This document shows, piece after piece, positions 1 through 12,800 of a DNA stretch of 64,000 nt. The first letter of the stretch is position 1; every line of letters begins with the position of its first letter. Under the pieces are notes generated by a model. That model was not told the origin of the DNA. It did not search any database and saw nothing but the letters and a program-made list of their open reading frames with translations. This DNA is from Anolis carolinensis (lineage: Eukaryota). The position numbers and the translations under genes were made by a program. The stretch covers positions 39,509,955 to 39,573,954 of the forward strand of contig NC_085843.1 in assembly GCF_035594765.1 (NCBI RefSeq), read 5' to 3'.

Positions 1-298
1 ACTCTTCAAATATCTCAAGGATTGTCACAGAGGGCAGGGACAGGCCTGTTCTATACTACCCCTCAGAATAGGACCAGGTGTAATGAGATAAAATAACAGG
101 ATATTGTATTGCAAGATTGTAAGACCGGTTCAGCTATAGAAACTATTTCCTAGAGTGGTGGTAGGGACTACTTCTCTGGATATCTTCAAAAAGAGGCTAG
201 ACAGCTACCTGCTGGGGATGCTTTTACTGGAGATTGCATTAAGCAGGTTGAATCTACTGGTCCATGAGGCCCCCTCCAACTCTACGATTCTATGATTC
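1..298 (+). mobile_element. Old CR1 LINE 3' fragment
   Basis: Degenerate CR1 ORF2 end and 3' UTR, finishing in the CR1 tail CCAACTCTACGATTCTATGATTC. Confidence 0.8.
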
Positions 299-1388
299 CT
301 TCTTCCTTTATGGCTGTACTAATCCTTCCCTTCATCTCTATCTCTACTTACATTTAAAGATACAACAAGTTTACACATATTTATGCTTATTCTGGCCCAC
401 TCCAGGTGAGCTACTCAAAGGAAAATCTGTGTAGTATAATTGCATTTGACTTGGGCATTGAGGGTGGGTTTGGGTTTTTGTTTAGTCATGGTTTACTCTT
501 TGCTGCCACTATAGAAAGCTAGAACTTGCTCTTAATGGATTCATGCTTTATCACTAGAGGTGCCCTCCCAGGGGTAATTGACTACTCTCTAAAAGCTCTG
601 TCTAATGACAAAGTTTGATAACATGTATTCTGTATCAATGGTGTTTTGGTGATTTTGCTGACTAGATTATCAGTATTCTGATTTTTTTTTGTTTCCCTTG
701 CTGCTGTTTGATGGTAAACAAACTGTTCTTGAGCTGTGATCTGTCTGCATTTGTAAAGGAGCAGAATTGGCATCCTTTCCATTAGAAAAACTCCCTGACA
801 TTTTATCATAGTATTGGACTCCAATTTGGCAAGAACAATTCTCTGGGATTTATTTAATAGTTAATGCAGTTTTGCAGCCTGAAACAAACTCAGGCATACA
901 ACTCACTGACCCAGCTAGAGAGAGCCATCAATATACATTCCCTAATCAATATGTATTCACTCACACATATAGTAATCCTGACAGCACACTCAGCAAACAC
1001 CTAGGAACAGAAATAAACATCAAAACACAGCCCTGTGAACAGATGTATTCATTCACTTAGATGTGGATGTGCCATAGAACAGCAGCTTTATTTGTGGGTA
1101 CGTTGTGATCTGTCCTTGCCAGCATAGTGAAGGGAAAGTGCAAGCAGACATTGCACATTCACATAATCTTAGCCAAACATTTGGTATAATACTCAGAAAT
1201 CATAGAGAGTTGAGTTGGGCTATTAAAAATTGGAAAGTATTGCAAGCTCTTTAACCATAAGATATAAAGATGAAGTTTTCATATGAATGTCAGTTCCCAA
1301 GTTATGAACAAGATAGGTTCTGTAGGTTTGTTCTTTAGTTGAATTTGTATGTAAGTTGGAACTGGTACATTTGAAAAGTGTAACTCTA

Positions 1389-1391
<3 letters not shown>

Positions 1392-1420
<29 letters not shown>
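1392..1420. repeat. (TG)n microsatellite
   Basis: Seen directly. Confidence 0.95.
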
Positions 1421-1589
1421 CAAGTTTTGGACAGCATATGGAAAGATTAACACACCTGTCGTGTTTGTTTTGTTGTATGTGCCCTTGTTCAGAAGATTCC
1501 ACATCATTTTCTGTCCCTGTGATAATTGGATTTTGAAGAATTTGGCTTGCTGTGGAAACAAGGATTGGTGATAAAGCTTCAGTTGAGAA

Positions 1590-1728
1590 ACTTTTTCCCC
1601 ATAATATCTCTTTCAAGAATGAATTTCCCTTCCGAGGGGCAGATTTCTCTCACTTCCTGTTGTTTCACTTCCTGTTTTTAACTATGAGTCATTTGTAAGG
1701 CTGATGTTTGTAACTCGGGGACTGCCTG
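1590..1728. mobile_element. Tc1/mariner (Tigger/pogo-like) terminal fragment
   Basis: Ends GTTTGTAACTCGGGGACTGCCTG followed by TA; the same terminus recurs at about 8798-8818. Confidence 0.6.
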
Positions 1729-4669
1729 TATATCAATACACATGTATTGATACACATTAAATAGGTCAAGAGGTTCATTCTTTACCTAGTGCAAACAGGA
1801 AAATAGAAGAGGGCTGTGTCATAGTGTACCAGCTAAAATGAAATTAATGCTAATATTAAGATTACTGTGTTTCTCTTTATTTCTGTCTCCAAGTGACTTC
1901 ATGTGGTTCTTTTGGTATAAGAGGCAGAATCATGTAACCTCTAAGTTTTATATTTTCAATAAAATAAAAAATACATGTGGAGCAACAGTCATTATTGTGT
2001 CTACTTCTTCACAATCTTTGGTGTAAAACCAAATTTATTTCCCTGCAAGCAAAATCTGATCTAGTTAAGTTTGTACACCTTCATCCACACTTAAGGCTGT
2101 TGCAAGTAGTATAAGCTGGAGCTTTAAAAGCATGTCCTGCTTTTTCTTTCTTCTATCTTTATCCAAGCTCAAGAACTCAAAGGTTTGCTCATACATTTGT
2201 TACATTTTGTTTGGCCCCAATATAGAAGGGGTAGGAATCATTCAGCACTCCAGACATTGTTGGACTGCAAGACTTTATGGGAGTTGTAGTCCAGTATCTG
2301 GAGAATCCCACCACCATAGTATGGCATCCTTACTCTACAAAGACTCATACACAGCATTAAGTTCTTTAGCTCTATACTAGGATTGTTAGCAATAATGATT
2401 AGCATCACTGTTTTGTGCAGGTCTGAGATCCAGAGGGCAGAACAGAGAGGGCTGGTGTCAATGTTCTCTTTGTTACCCTTCTTAAAAAAAAAAAAAGCAA
2501 ACACATGAGATGGTTGAGAGCAGTGAGCCATTCATAGAGGTCATACTATAGGGAACAATGAACCGAGAGCTGCTGTCAGAGAAGTGCTTTTATGAACTAG
2601 TAAAAGCTTAGTAGCTTGCTCATTCTTTGGAGGCATCAGGGCACAGAGCTTTTACATGCAACATAAAGAGATTAAAAGCTGGTTTAATAAAATTCCAAGG
2701 ACTGTGACGGCCAGAGGATGATGAAGGAGATGGGGAGGGAGCCATAGAGTTCTCTCTGAGGCTTCCATCACGATGCCTTATTACAGAAGGGCACAGTGTC
2801 TTATCTGAAGGGCAAAGCTTTATTTCTTCTTCCATGGTCACAGATTTTGCTCTCCTGTTTGAATGCAAGCTATCATCCATATTGCTTGTGCCAAGTTATT
2901 TCATTCAAAGGTGCAGTGAGGGGCAAAACAAGCATAGCATCATACACAGAGGATCTGAGCTCTGCCTTAACGCTGATGGGGTTTAGGGTTTAGATGCTCA
3001 TTTCAATATTTGTTAGCAAAAGTATCATGTAGGCATTATACTGTCTGAAATTTGAAATTTGGATTAAAATGTTTATGAGCATGTATTTCAGTATGCAAAG
3101 CTGTTTTTTTTCCTATTATATGAAGGGGAGATAGTAAGATCATTGTTCATAAAACAGAAAAGGACATCCTGTTGCTATGTGATGTGATTTCAGCTTCTGC
3201 AAGAACTGCAGGTTCAGGGGCCTGGCATATCTAGCTTCCCAGAAAGTCAAATGAAACACATATGAGTTGTAGGCAAAATCAGAGGTTTGTTCACAATGAC
3301 CAAAGAGGATGTCAGTGGAGACAGCACTTCAAAGAAGTGATATAATGCAATTGAAAATACAAAGTATATTTATTTCCTTTGAAAGATGTTCAAGATACCC
3401 TCACTAGCTCCTGTTTGTCTCAGAAACTGTCCGGCTAGGATCCACTTCAAATTGGTCTGGGATTCCCTCAGACATCATCGTTTATTGGTCCTTGCCATAG
3501 CAGGAAACTCAAATAAACTGCAATTGGATTATTTTAAAGAGTCTGTCCATTTATTGATCCTCTGCTAAAAGGGACGTGATCAAAAAGGAATTTAGTGTGG
3601 CAATTGATTTTGGTTTTAATGTCTGGGCTCCAGTGAAAACAATGCTGTTGGTCCTTATATACAATGGGTGTTTTAGGGTGAAGTGTCATAAAGGATGGAT
3701 CTGTCTTAGGTCATAAAAGAGGAAACATTCCGAGATCATATCAGGTGAAAACAGGATAAAGGACCCAGACTCTGGTGCATGTTCATTGTATCTTTCCCCC
3801 ATGTCTCCCAGTTCATTGTGAAAGGATTATGATCATTTGAAGAAATTATCCTTGACTCCATGATGTGTTGGGCAACATTCTACATCAATTTATGAAGTAT
3901 TGCTATAGGACAAGAGTCTGCACATTTGCTTTATATCTCAATGGAGCCATGTCTAGAAATTCATATATTCATAATTTGAGATAACACTGGAACAATGTGA
4001 ATGATGCTTTCCTTCCATGGTATAATATACATTATTCATCCTTACCTCTCATGTATCCATTTTTTAAAAAACAAGTCAATGAATGCAAAAGTTAATGAAA
4101 AGGTTAACACAAAATTTTATTTTAAAAACTGCTGCACCATTCATGCATTTCTGTTCAACAGATATTCTGTTCAACAGTATCTTATTGTGATAGAAAATCA
4201 ACACCTCTTTGTGTGCTGAAGGCATTAAATTGTAAGATTATACTTCCGCTGCCACTAGAAATCTATTTCTCACTGCATATTATTCATTTTGCAAAGACTT
4301 GCCTTCTGAAGCTTCAGTCAAAATCTGAAATCAAAATTTGGACATTATCTCTCAAAATCCCTTGGGCCATAATTGATGGTAGATTCAAATAACCAACTTT
4401 TCTCAGCCTCAGTCCAAACCTAGGCAGGAACTCACTGTGGGATTTTCTGATGACTCACCAAACTGAACCCAGTAAACTGCCACCAGAGGCCTAAATATTC
4501 TCTGGTTTTAATTTTTATCTTGTGATTTCTTTCATTTGTTTGGTTATGCAGTTTTCCAGACAAGCTGTAGAATAAATGTTTCATTGAACTCCTAACCCCA
4601 CTAAGCTCAAGTTGGTGATGTTAATTGCGATCAAACTGCTTTGACTTATGATGACCCTATGAATGAGAG

Positions 4670-4895
4670 AGTCTGTGATCCAGTAATTTGAATGTTGCTC
4701 TATGATTCTGCATACCAGCATTTGAATCCTTGTTCTACCATGGAAACTCACTGGATGACCTGGGTAAGTCAGATTCTTTCAGTCTCAGAGAAAGGCAAAG
4801 GCAAACTTCCTCTCAACAAATCTTGCTAAGAAAACCCCATTATAGGTTTGTCTTAGGATCACCATAAATTGGAAACAACTTGAAGGTACTCAACA
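4670..4895 (+). mobile_element. tRNA-derived CORE-type SINE (Anolis SINE2-like), degenerate
   Basis: B-box-like TTTGAATCC, CORE-like GACCTGGGTAAGTCA, and a body shared with copies at 19200 and 20815. Confidence 0.65.
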
Positions 4896-5159
4896 CCTTA
4901 TTATTAGTAAAACAAATCTTATTATTAGCAAAACAAGTCGGGGCTTTGTTTTTTGAATGTATATCGCTATAGTGTAACCTTCTTCTCGTCATCTTCTTTG
5001 TCCAATGTGCAAATTTAATCTGTTCGGCTTTCAGGAGGAGTTTAGGCTTGATTTGCTCTTGGACCCATTTATTTGTGACAATAGCAATAACAATGGAACT
5101 GCAGTTCTCACACAATTGAAGTTACTATTCCAGATTTTGCTTTTGTTTTATATCCTGCT

Positions 5160-5387
5160 TTTTATTTTATTTATTTATTTACATCACTTTTACCCCGCCT
5201 TTCTTTCCGAGGAGACTCAAAGCGGCTTACAGTAAATAGGCAAAAATTCAATGCCTAAAAACAATGTAAAAACAACAATTCATATAAAACAATCTACAAA
5301 ACAACAGTTCATATAAAACAGAGACCATTACAAAATAAAATCACATTATATAAAATTTTAAGAATGTCCAAGATTAAAATCCATTTT
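5160..5387 (-). mobile_element. L2 LINE 3' tail fragment
   Basis: (TTTA)n tail plus the L2 terminal stem-loop CCCGCC..GACTCAAAGCGGCTTAC. Confidence 0.7.
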
Positions 5388-5472
5388 GTGTTGTCGAAGG
5401 CTTTCATGGCCGGGATCACCGGGTTGTTGTATGTCTTTCGGGCTGTGTGGCCATGTTCCAGAAGTATTCTCT

Positions 5473-5513
5473 CCTGACGTTTCGCCCACATCTATGGCAG
5501 GCATCCTCAGAGG
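5473..5513 (-). ncRNA. Minimal type I hammerhead ribozyme motif (Penelope-associated)
   Basis: Reverse complement reads CCT-CTGAGGA-T-GCCTGC-catagat-GTGGGC-GAAAC-GTC-AGG. Confidence 0.7.
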
Positions 5514-5540
5514 CATCCTCAGAGGCAGGCACCCTCACAA

Positions 5541-5581
5541 CCTCTGAGGATGCCTGCCATAGATGTGGGCGAAACGTCAGG
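5541..5581 (+). ncRNA. Minimal type I hammerhead ribozyme motif (Penelope-associated)
   Basis: CUGANGA box, helix II GCCUGC/GUGGGC, GAAAC, GUC cleavage triplet, helix I CCU/AGG. Confidence 0.7.
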
Positions 5582-7791
5582 AGAGAATACTTCTGGAACA
5601 TGGCCACACAGCCCAAAAGACATACAACAACCCGAAAATCCATTTTTCTTTCTTCCCTACCAGTTCCCTACCAAATGTTTGGATAGTGGCTTCTTTTTTT
5701 CAAAACAGTGGATATGTTATTTTAACCAGATACACAAATGACCAAAAAAAACTATAAACTTAAATGTTTGTCCTTTGAAGTCCAAAGATTAAAACAAAAG
5801 TACATTTCATTGGTGTTTGTCAGAAACAGCTCTTAAATGTCTGTCATTCTACATGGATGGCAATAGTTGCTAGATTGTCACCTATGGAATTATAATTTCA
5901 GTTGAATGACCATTGTAGTTCCATAAACCCCACATATTTTTTTCAGTGCATGAATAGATTTGGGATTCAGGTTCATTACTTTGCTACTAACAAAGTTCCA
6001 AGATAAGTAGTGGTAAATTAGAACTAATCACAACTTTAAATATACCATAATAAGCCATATCACACAATTCCCATATTGCCTAAGTATCTTCAATGGCTGA
6101 AACTTTCTGGCATTTTGGAGTATGTGTGAATATTGCCAAACCTTAACATTATGTGTTAGACTGAAGAAATAAATAAAAAACCCTGCAAATCCTCCTAGTA
6201 CCAGTTTGTTGAATACATGTCTGAGTTAGCACAAGGTGCTTGTCTTTCACGTCAAGCTGTACATGCTCCTCTTCCTTCGAAGTGTAGTCTAGCCTAATAG
6301 GCTGACATCAAACCAGAGATGGAATGCTAGTCACCTGTGCCCCTACAGCCTCTAGAGGATTCATCCATTTGTCATGTTGCTGTGCAACTCTTTAGCTGCC
6401 TCGTATCCTTCAAATATGTCTTGTCACAGGAAACTCATGGGAGAGCAATGTTACTGCCTGCCTTTAAATCACTTTGACTAAAATACCTGATTGATTGCAT
6501 ATGTCGTATCCTTCTTCCCTCCATGTTGGCTCTACACCAATGCCCCGGTTTCAGAAATGAGGTCCCTTCCCTGCTTTACTATTGATTGCAAAGAATAATG
6601 TAGAACGCAGAAGTAAGTAGACTAGGATACATACTGGGCCTCAGGCTTTATGTTCCCAATGTGTTGATCATCCAGGACAATGAAAAGAAAAAGAGGGAAG
6701 GGACATGGTTTGCTTCATTCTCTCAGCACCACTGCTGCTTTTGTTAGAACCACTTACCAGGGAAGAAGAGGGTTGTCTTGGGGAAGGCAGTAACAGCCAG
6801 GACTTGAAGACCCCAAAAGAAGTAAGCTGAGAATTCTTCTCTGGCTCAGAATTTTTTCTTAGCCATTGAAAAAATTGAGTGTATTACAATCTCATCTGAC
6901 ATTTGAACTGGGCTTTTATGAATTGTTATGTGGGATGAGGGACAAAACTAGAAGGACTTATATTCCAATAAGCACTTTTAAATGATGTGTATACCAAAAT
7001 GAAATTGAATATTATGCTTGCTTTTAGGGAGGGTGAAGTTTAAAAAATTGACTCTGAAGGCCAGCTTTTGTGAAACCTTCTGTTCTAAATGGATCATGCA
7101 AAACACCTACCATGTACCCTACAACTCAAGCATACATATATTTTATGGAAATACAGTTCCAGTTTACACTCCTGAAAATCCCCACCACCACTACACACAC
7201 AAACCTCTACCAAACCATTGGGCCTAACTGGCTAACAGATTTGCACAGGTGCATTGATTGATTTTATTGTCCACTGCCTTGAGATACAGGACAGGATCCC
7301 AATATTTTTTTTACTAAAGGAATAAAAGAAGTAGAGTTCCTAGGATTGACTCAGAAGAGGAAACAATTGTTCAGCTGTGTTTACTACTGTGTGTGAATAT
7401 CATCTATGTCTAAGTTCTGTTTGATCTGATGGCTTCCTTCTCACTCATCTCATCTGGATCTGTGGTTTGTTAAGCCCTCATTGATCCACATTCAGGATCT
7501 TTCATTCCTATAATGGTGCTAGTTGTTGCCTCTTCCTTATCCCATATTACTCAACTTTTATCTTCATCCCTTAGCAAAACCTAGCCCCCCACTAATGTTA
7601 AATAGGTGCTGCATGTTCAGCCTCATCTCAGGACTTGGGGGCTTCCTCTCACATGAAAATCATCAGGTCCACCTTGCTTCATCCTATGTAGTTTTTGAGC
7701 TTTTTCTAACCAATACATATTGATATTGGGCACCAAGGTGGAAATCTCTTGCACATGGTAAAATGCTCCTTAAGGGGACTTGTTATTAAAT

Positions 7792-8074
7792 AGGGAGGAG
7801 GGAGCAAGCTTGTTTTCTGTTGCCCTGCAGACTAGGATGCAGAACAATAGCTTCAAACTACAGGAAAGGAGATTCCACCTGAACATCAGGAAGAATTTCC
7901 TCACTGTGAGAGCTGTTCGGCAGTGTGGTGGAGGCTCCTTCTTTGGAGGTTTTTAAGCAGAGGCTGGATGGCCATCTGTCGGGGGTGCTTTGAATGTGAT
8001 TTCCTGCTTCTTGGCAGGGGGTTGGACTGGATGGCCCGTGAGGTCTCTTCCAACTCTGCGATTCTATGATTCTA
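7792..8074 (+). mobile_element. CR1 LINE 3' fragment (young subfamily)
   Basis: Closely matches the CR1 at 43704-44190 (KLQERRFHLNIRKNFLTVRAV); ends with the ATTCTATG tail. Confidence 0.9.
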
Positions 8075-8324
8075 GGGGTCTAAATAATTTTGCCTGGTTG
8101 TGATTCTGGACATTCTAGGTCAAGTTTAGGAGACTGATACTCTTCAGATGTTGATGAGCAACTAAAATCATAATCACTAGCTTTGTGCCATGCTGGCTTG
8201 GTTAATGGGAAATACAGTCCTACTACCGTATATACAGAGGGCCGAAGTTCCCAATTTCTTTTTTATATTATGTCTTGCAGCATCTGTAAAGAAAAGAGCA
8301 AAGGGACATTTCTGCTGAGAGCTA

Positions 8325-8398
8325 GAGTTCTCAAACTTTTTCAGCCTTGGAGCCCTTGTTGAAGCAAACGTTTCTCGTGGAGCTCCAAGGAATGTTTA

Positions 8399-8441
<43 letters not shown>

Positions 8442-8525
8442 ATATGAGAAAAGTGTTTTGTGTAAGCTAATTGAAAAAAAACATGAACAAATTCCTATGC
8501 ACACTGCACATATCTCATTTGTTGT

Positions 8526-8574
<49 letters not shown>

Positions 8575-9846
8575 AAAGAAAGAAAGAAAGAAAATGACAT
8601 TATTTTAAATGAAGAACAATTATAAGCAATATAAACTTAAGGAGTATTTCAGTGGAATACCCCAGGGGCCATCCAGTCCAACCCACTTCTGCCATGCAGG
8701 AAAAGCACAATCAAAGCACCCTCAACAGATGGCCATCTAGCCTTTGTAAACATAACTATAGTTCTATAACCTATAACCTAGAAGCAACCTATCTTGCTTG
8801 TAACTTGGGGACTGCCTGTAGTAGGCAACAAGGGTAACTCAAGGTGTGGCAGGTAGGCAGGCAGACACTTTAACAAATGGGCGGATGAGCAGCCACAGCA
8901 GCAGCCTCTTTTGCCAGGGCTCTGTGACCCACAGACCCCAACCACCAAGGCCTCTACTCCACCTCATTCCCCAACCAACCCCAGGAATTGCTTAGCACCA
9001 CTTGAGTGCTGGAGGCAGGTGGAAGTGAGACGGGGTGCAGGGGCCCGGTTCTGCCTCCCCATGTAGCCCTCTGGTGTCTGTGCCTACTGAGAACGACCCC
9101 ACTGGCCTCTCAGGGCCTACCAAGGCCAGAGTGATGCAGAGGGCCCCTTCTCTCAGTGCCTGCCCACATCACCCAGCAACTTCAAGGGGTTAGGCCTTCC
9201 TCCTTCCCTCACTTCCCTCATAGCCACAAGTGTCCATGCAGGCTATTCCCGGGGGCCAATGCCAGAGGCTGGGCCCTCTTTGAGAAGAAGCCCCTTTGTT
9301 CCACCACCGGGCCTCACCCCTCGGGCCCATCCACTGTCAAGGGGGCAAGGGGACTGTGAGAAGCACACCACCTGCATCTTCTAACCTTCTGTCACACTGC
9401 CTTCCAACCCCTGCCTGCCTGCCTTCCTGCCTTCTTTCCTCTTCCAAGCCTGGAGAGCAAAGGGCGAACTCCTTCCCCAAACTTCTGCTTCACTTCCCTC
9501 ATTTCTTTTCTGGCTGCTTCCACGCACTTTTTTTCCTAAGGGTGGCTGCATCAAAGCCAGAACATGGTGGTGGCAGAGCAGGCCACCAGGAAGACAAGCA
9601 CTCACCCACCCCGCCCTTCCTCCCCTGAAACCTCAGAGAAGGCCCTGCTAGGCCCCATTCCCCCATCCCAATTGGCGGCCCCAGTTAGAACCTCCACAAG
9701 AAAAGACACCTTGCTTCTTGAAGCTACTCTGGGCCAGAAAGAAGAGGCCCCCTCCTGTCTGCATTTCTGAAGAGAACAGGCCAGAGCCCCTCAGATTACT
9801 TCACAGAGCCCCAAGGGCTCTGTGGAACACAGTTTAAGAACTGCTG
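8325..9846. mobile_element. Composite degenerate hAT-type region
   Basis: hAT-like ends GTTCTCAAACT and AGTTTAAGAACTGCTG. Contains (TG)n, (GCAA)n/(AAGA)n, an OC1-like piece (8468-8657), a CR1 piece (8665-8745, minus) and a Tigger end. No TSD found. Confidence 0.4.
8401..8593. repeat. (TG)n at 8401-8434 and compound (GCAA)n(GAAA)n at 8526-8593
   Basis: Seen directly. Confidence 0.95.
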
Positions 9847-12800
9847 GTGTAAGCTATTTGATCCTTATGTTGAATGGCAGCATTGTGCAGCTGAACGAGT
9901 TATCAAATACACAATTGGAGACATACCATTGCTGAATTCAGTAAGGACAGATAGATATCATTGACCAAGAATGTACATGTACAATAATACCACATACAGT
10001 ATGTAACTCCATTTCTGCAACCATGAAATAAATGCAGATATTGAGTCTTGTGCAAAAATGCCCTTCTGATTCAATAGAGGAAACATATGCAGCCATAAGA
10101 CACTGACAGGACTCTGGCTTAAGTGTACTTGAAATGTTTCACATAGATTATGTCAATTGTCCTTTAAAGAAAATCCTGTGTCAGCAGTATTATTATCAAA
10201 GTGGAGAGGACAGGATTAAGGTCATCTAGGAAATCCATGGTTAAAAGGACATCTGAATCAAGGTCTTCTTCAGCTCCCAAACTACTGGCTCTGACATGAC
10301 TCTGGCATGACAATGTACAAGCACATCTTTACACTTCTTTGGCAGCTTGCACTAGTTAAGCCATTTGATTTGCTTTGTATGAAATAGATTTGGATGATAC
10401 TGTTCGATGCTATTCTATTCCATCCCCAAAAAAAGCATTGTGGCAGTAGTGTGTGAAGCAAATGTTTTGATATAAAACCTGTAAGACAATTTCAAAATAT
10501 TTTTGAATGCAGCAATACTTTGTAAATGAAAGAACTGTAATGATTTATTACTATTTAATTACCAAGAATGTACCTGTGCCATAGACAGTGTGAATTTATA
10601 TGCTGCAGCCTTTGCTGTCTTAGATACTGAGAAATTATCTTTGGAGAACTAATAAAAGGAGGGAAGTCTTCAGACAGCTAACCTACTGCAGGAAATAAAT
10701 GGAAACACTTTGATTTTTACCTGTGACAATGCACAAAACTGGCATTTTTTTGATTCAGAAAAGTTTTCAGTCTGGAAATTAAACTGTCAAAACTGAAAAG
10801 TATGGGACACTGAAGTCCAAAAGGGGTTTAATCAAAGTGTCCAGCTTTTTTTTCCTTCCAAAAGGGCAGGAGACAGATTGTCCAAAATGTAATTGTAGTA
10901 TTAGGACTAAGGAAACACAAGGGACAAGGGAGAGCAGTGAAAGGACATAATGCAAACTGAATATTGCTTGCTTTGTTTGGCCCAACATTTTGATCTCTGT
11001 CCATGCAGATGAATATTTTTTCTTATATAATACATGTCATACATCATACTAAGAACACAATGAACTACAAATAATTATATGGCTAGATTGTTTTAGTTGG
11101 ACATGCTATACAGTCGTTAGCACAACTTGGAAATGTTACATCAATTCCTATGCTTAGTTACAGATTCTGCAAGTTATAGTTCCAAGAATAACTTTCCCAA
11201 GCTCTTTTCATAAGACCTTCCTGCCTACTTTCCATAACATTCTGCCATTTGTAATGGAAAAAAAACACATTTCTTTTCATGTGCAATGACCAACATGGCT
11301 GCTCTTAATATGTTTGCTGCATCTGAAGATACCAAGTTTCACCACACCAAAACAAGGAACATTTTAACAAGAAAATTCTGTGAGTTTTTATCTCCAACAG
11401 AGGTAGAACTCTTTCATATTTGTCATAGTTGCCTTATGAAAAATCAACTGAATCTTCTAAAGCCTGACAATGCATTTTCTGCAGTTTGTTTGGTCAACAA
11501 AGTGATCACTCTTTTGTGGATTTTGTTGTATTTGGCTGTATGGCCATCATGGTGACACCTAAATATATTTTGTACACAAGTATCCTTAATATATTTTCAT
11601 GCCTAACTTCCCTCAATGTATGCATTTGTAATCATAGCATGCATGCCAAAACTGGACTGACAAATTCAGGAGTATGTAGAATCCAAATGGTAAATGTATT
11701 CTAGACTGCATGTCTTCTGAGAAATGCAAGTTAGCTCAGTTTACTTTAAAATGTGGGTGAAGCACAATTCTCTAGTATCTGTAGCACATGGATGAAAAAC
11801 GTGAATGAAACACAATAAGTATTCTAGCATTTTTTGGTCTGAAAGGTGCTGGTTTTGAATAATAGAATGCAAAAAAGGAGACATTATGGTTATTTGTTGT
11901 TACATGGTTTTAATTCAAATTTCCGAAGATGGGGAATTGTTCAGTGTTTCACTTTTTAAAATACGCTTAGTTCATGTGCTTTTTAATTCTCTCACAGGTT
12001 CCTTCTTCAATTTAAGTCCAGTTTTCAGGCTGCTAGCACGAGTTCTGCTCTAATAACTACCATTGTACCTCTCTGTACATTTGTTGCATTACAGGGTAAT
12101 AAGGATGTCTGATTGTACCCCTGAGCCAGAAGCACATTATCAACCTAATTTCATTGCTGAGTATTTGAAATGAGCCAGAAACATCATTGCATATTGTTGT
12201 TCTGACATTGACCTTATTTTGGGAGGAGGATAAAATCACTTTGTTCTTTTTGCAATCCCTTTGTGTTAAGCAAATTCAAAGAATCAGAATAGAAAAAGTC
12301 TTGCCTCTGAGACCTTAAATAAACAAGGCAGAGGAAATAAGACACAAGGGCATAAAATGTATTGGAGCAAAGCAGTAATGGCTGACAAGAAAAATCAAAG
12401 ACATAACCCATGATCACCTTTTGGACAGCAAATTCAAATTGCCCCCTCCTTGCCTGAAACTAAGCACATAGTTAATTGTGCATTTAACTTCTTTGGAAAT
12501 TGGTAGACTGTTATATTTGCTTGATGGTACCTGAACTATGTCCTTCTAGCCAGTTTTAATGGCTGCTCTTCGGATATATCTATGAAATAAACATGTCACC
12601 TTTATGCCACATTTGTTGTTGTTGTTTACCACAAGTAACTCTAGGAACTGCAATAAAAAAAACGTGCACAGCTTTTTCTAGCTTTCCTGAAGGAAGGGAT
12701 GTCTGCAGGGCAGCCAATGCAACTGCACTGGGAACGACCAGGCTACATTTAAATTGCATCCCAACCTGTGTTTTTAAGATGTTTCCAGTAAAATCATACT

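Larger units (their letters stand above)
5388..5634. mobile_element. Penelope-like element: inverted pseudo-LTR palindrome
   Basis: Arms of about 95 bp are near-perfect reverse complements; 12-bp TSD AAAATCCATTTT at 5376-5387 and 5635-5646; matches the pLTR of the endonuclease-bearing copy at 30617. Confidence 0.9.

Noticed and set aside
8880-9800. GC-rich stretch as a CpG island or exon
   Set aside because: Few CpGs despite high GC, ORFs lack motifs, and it lies between hAT-like ends; more likely decayed TE interior
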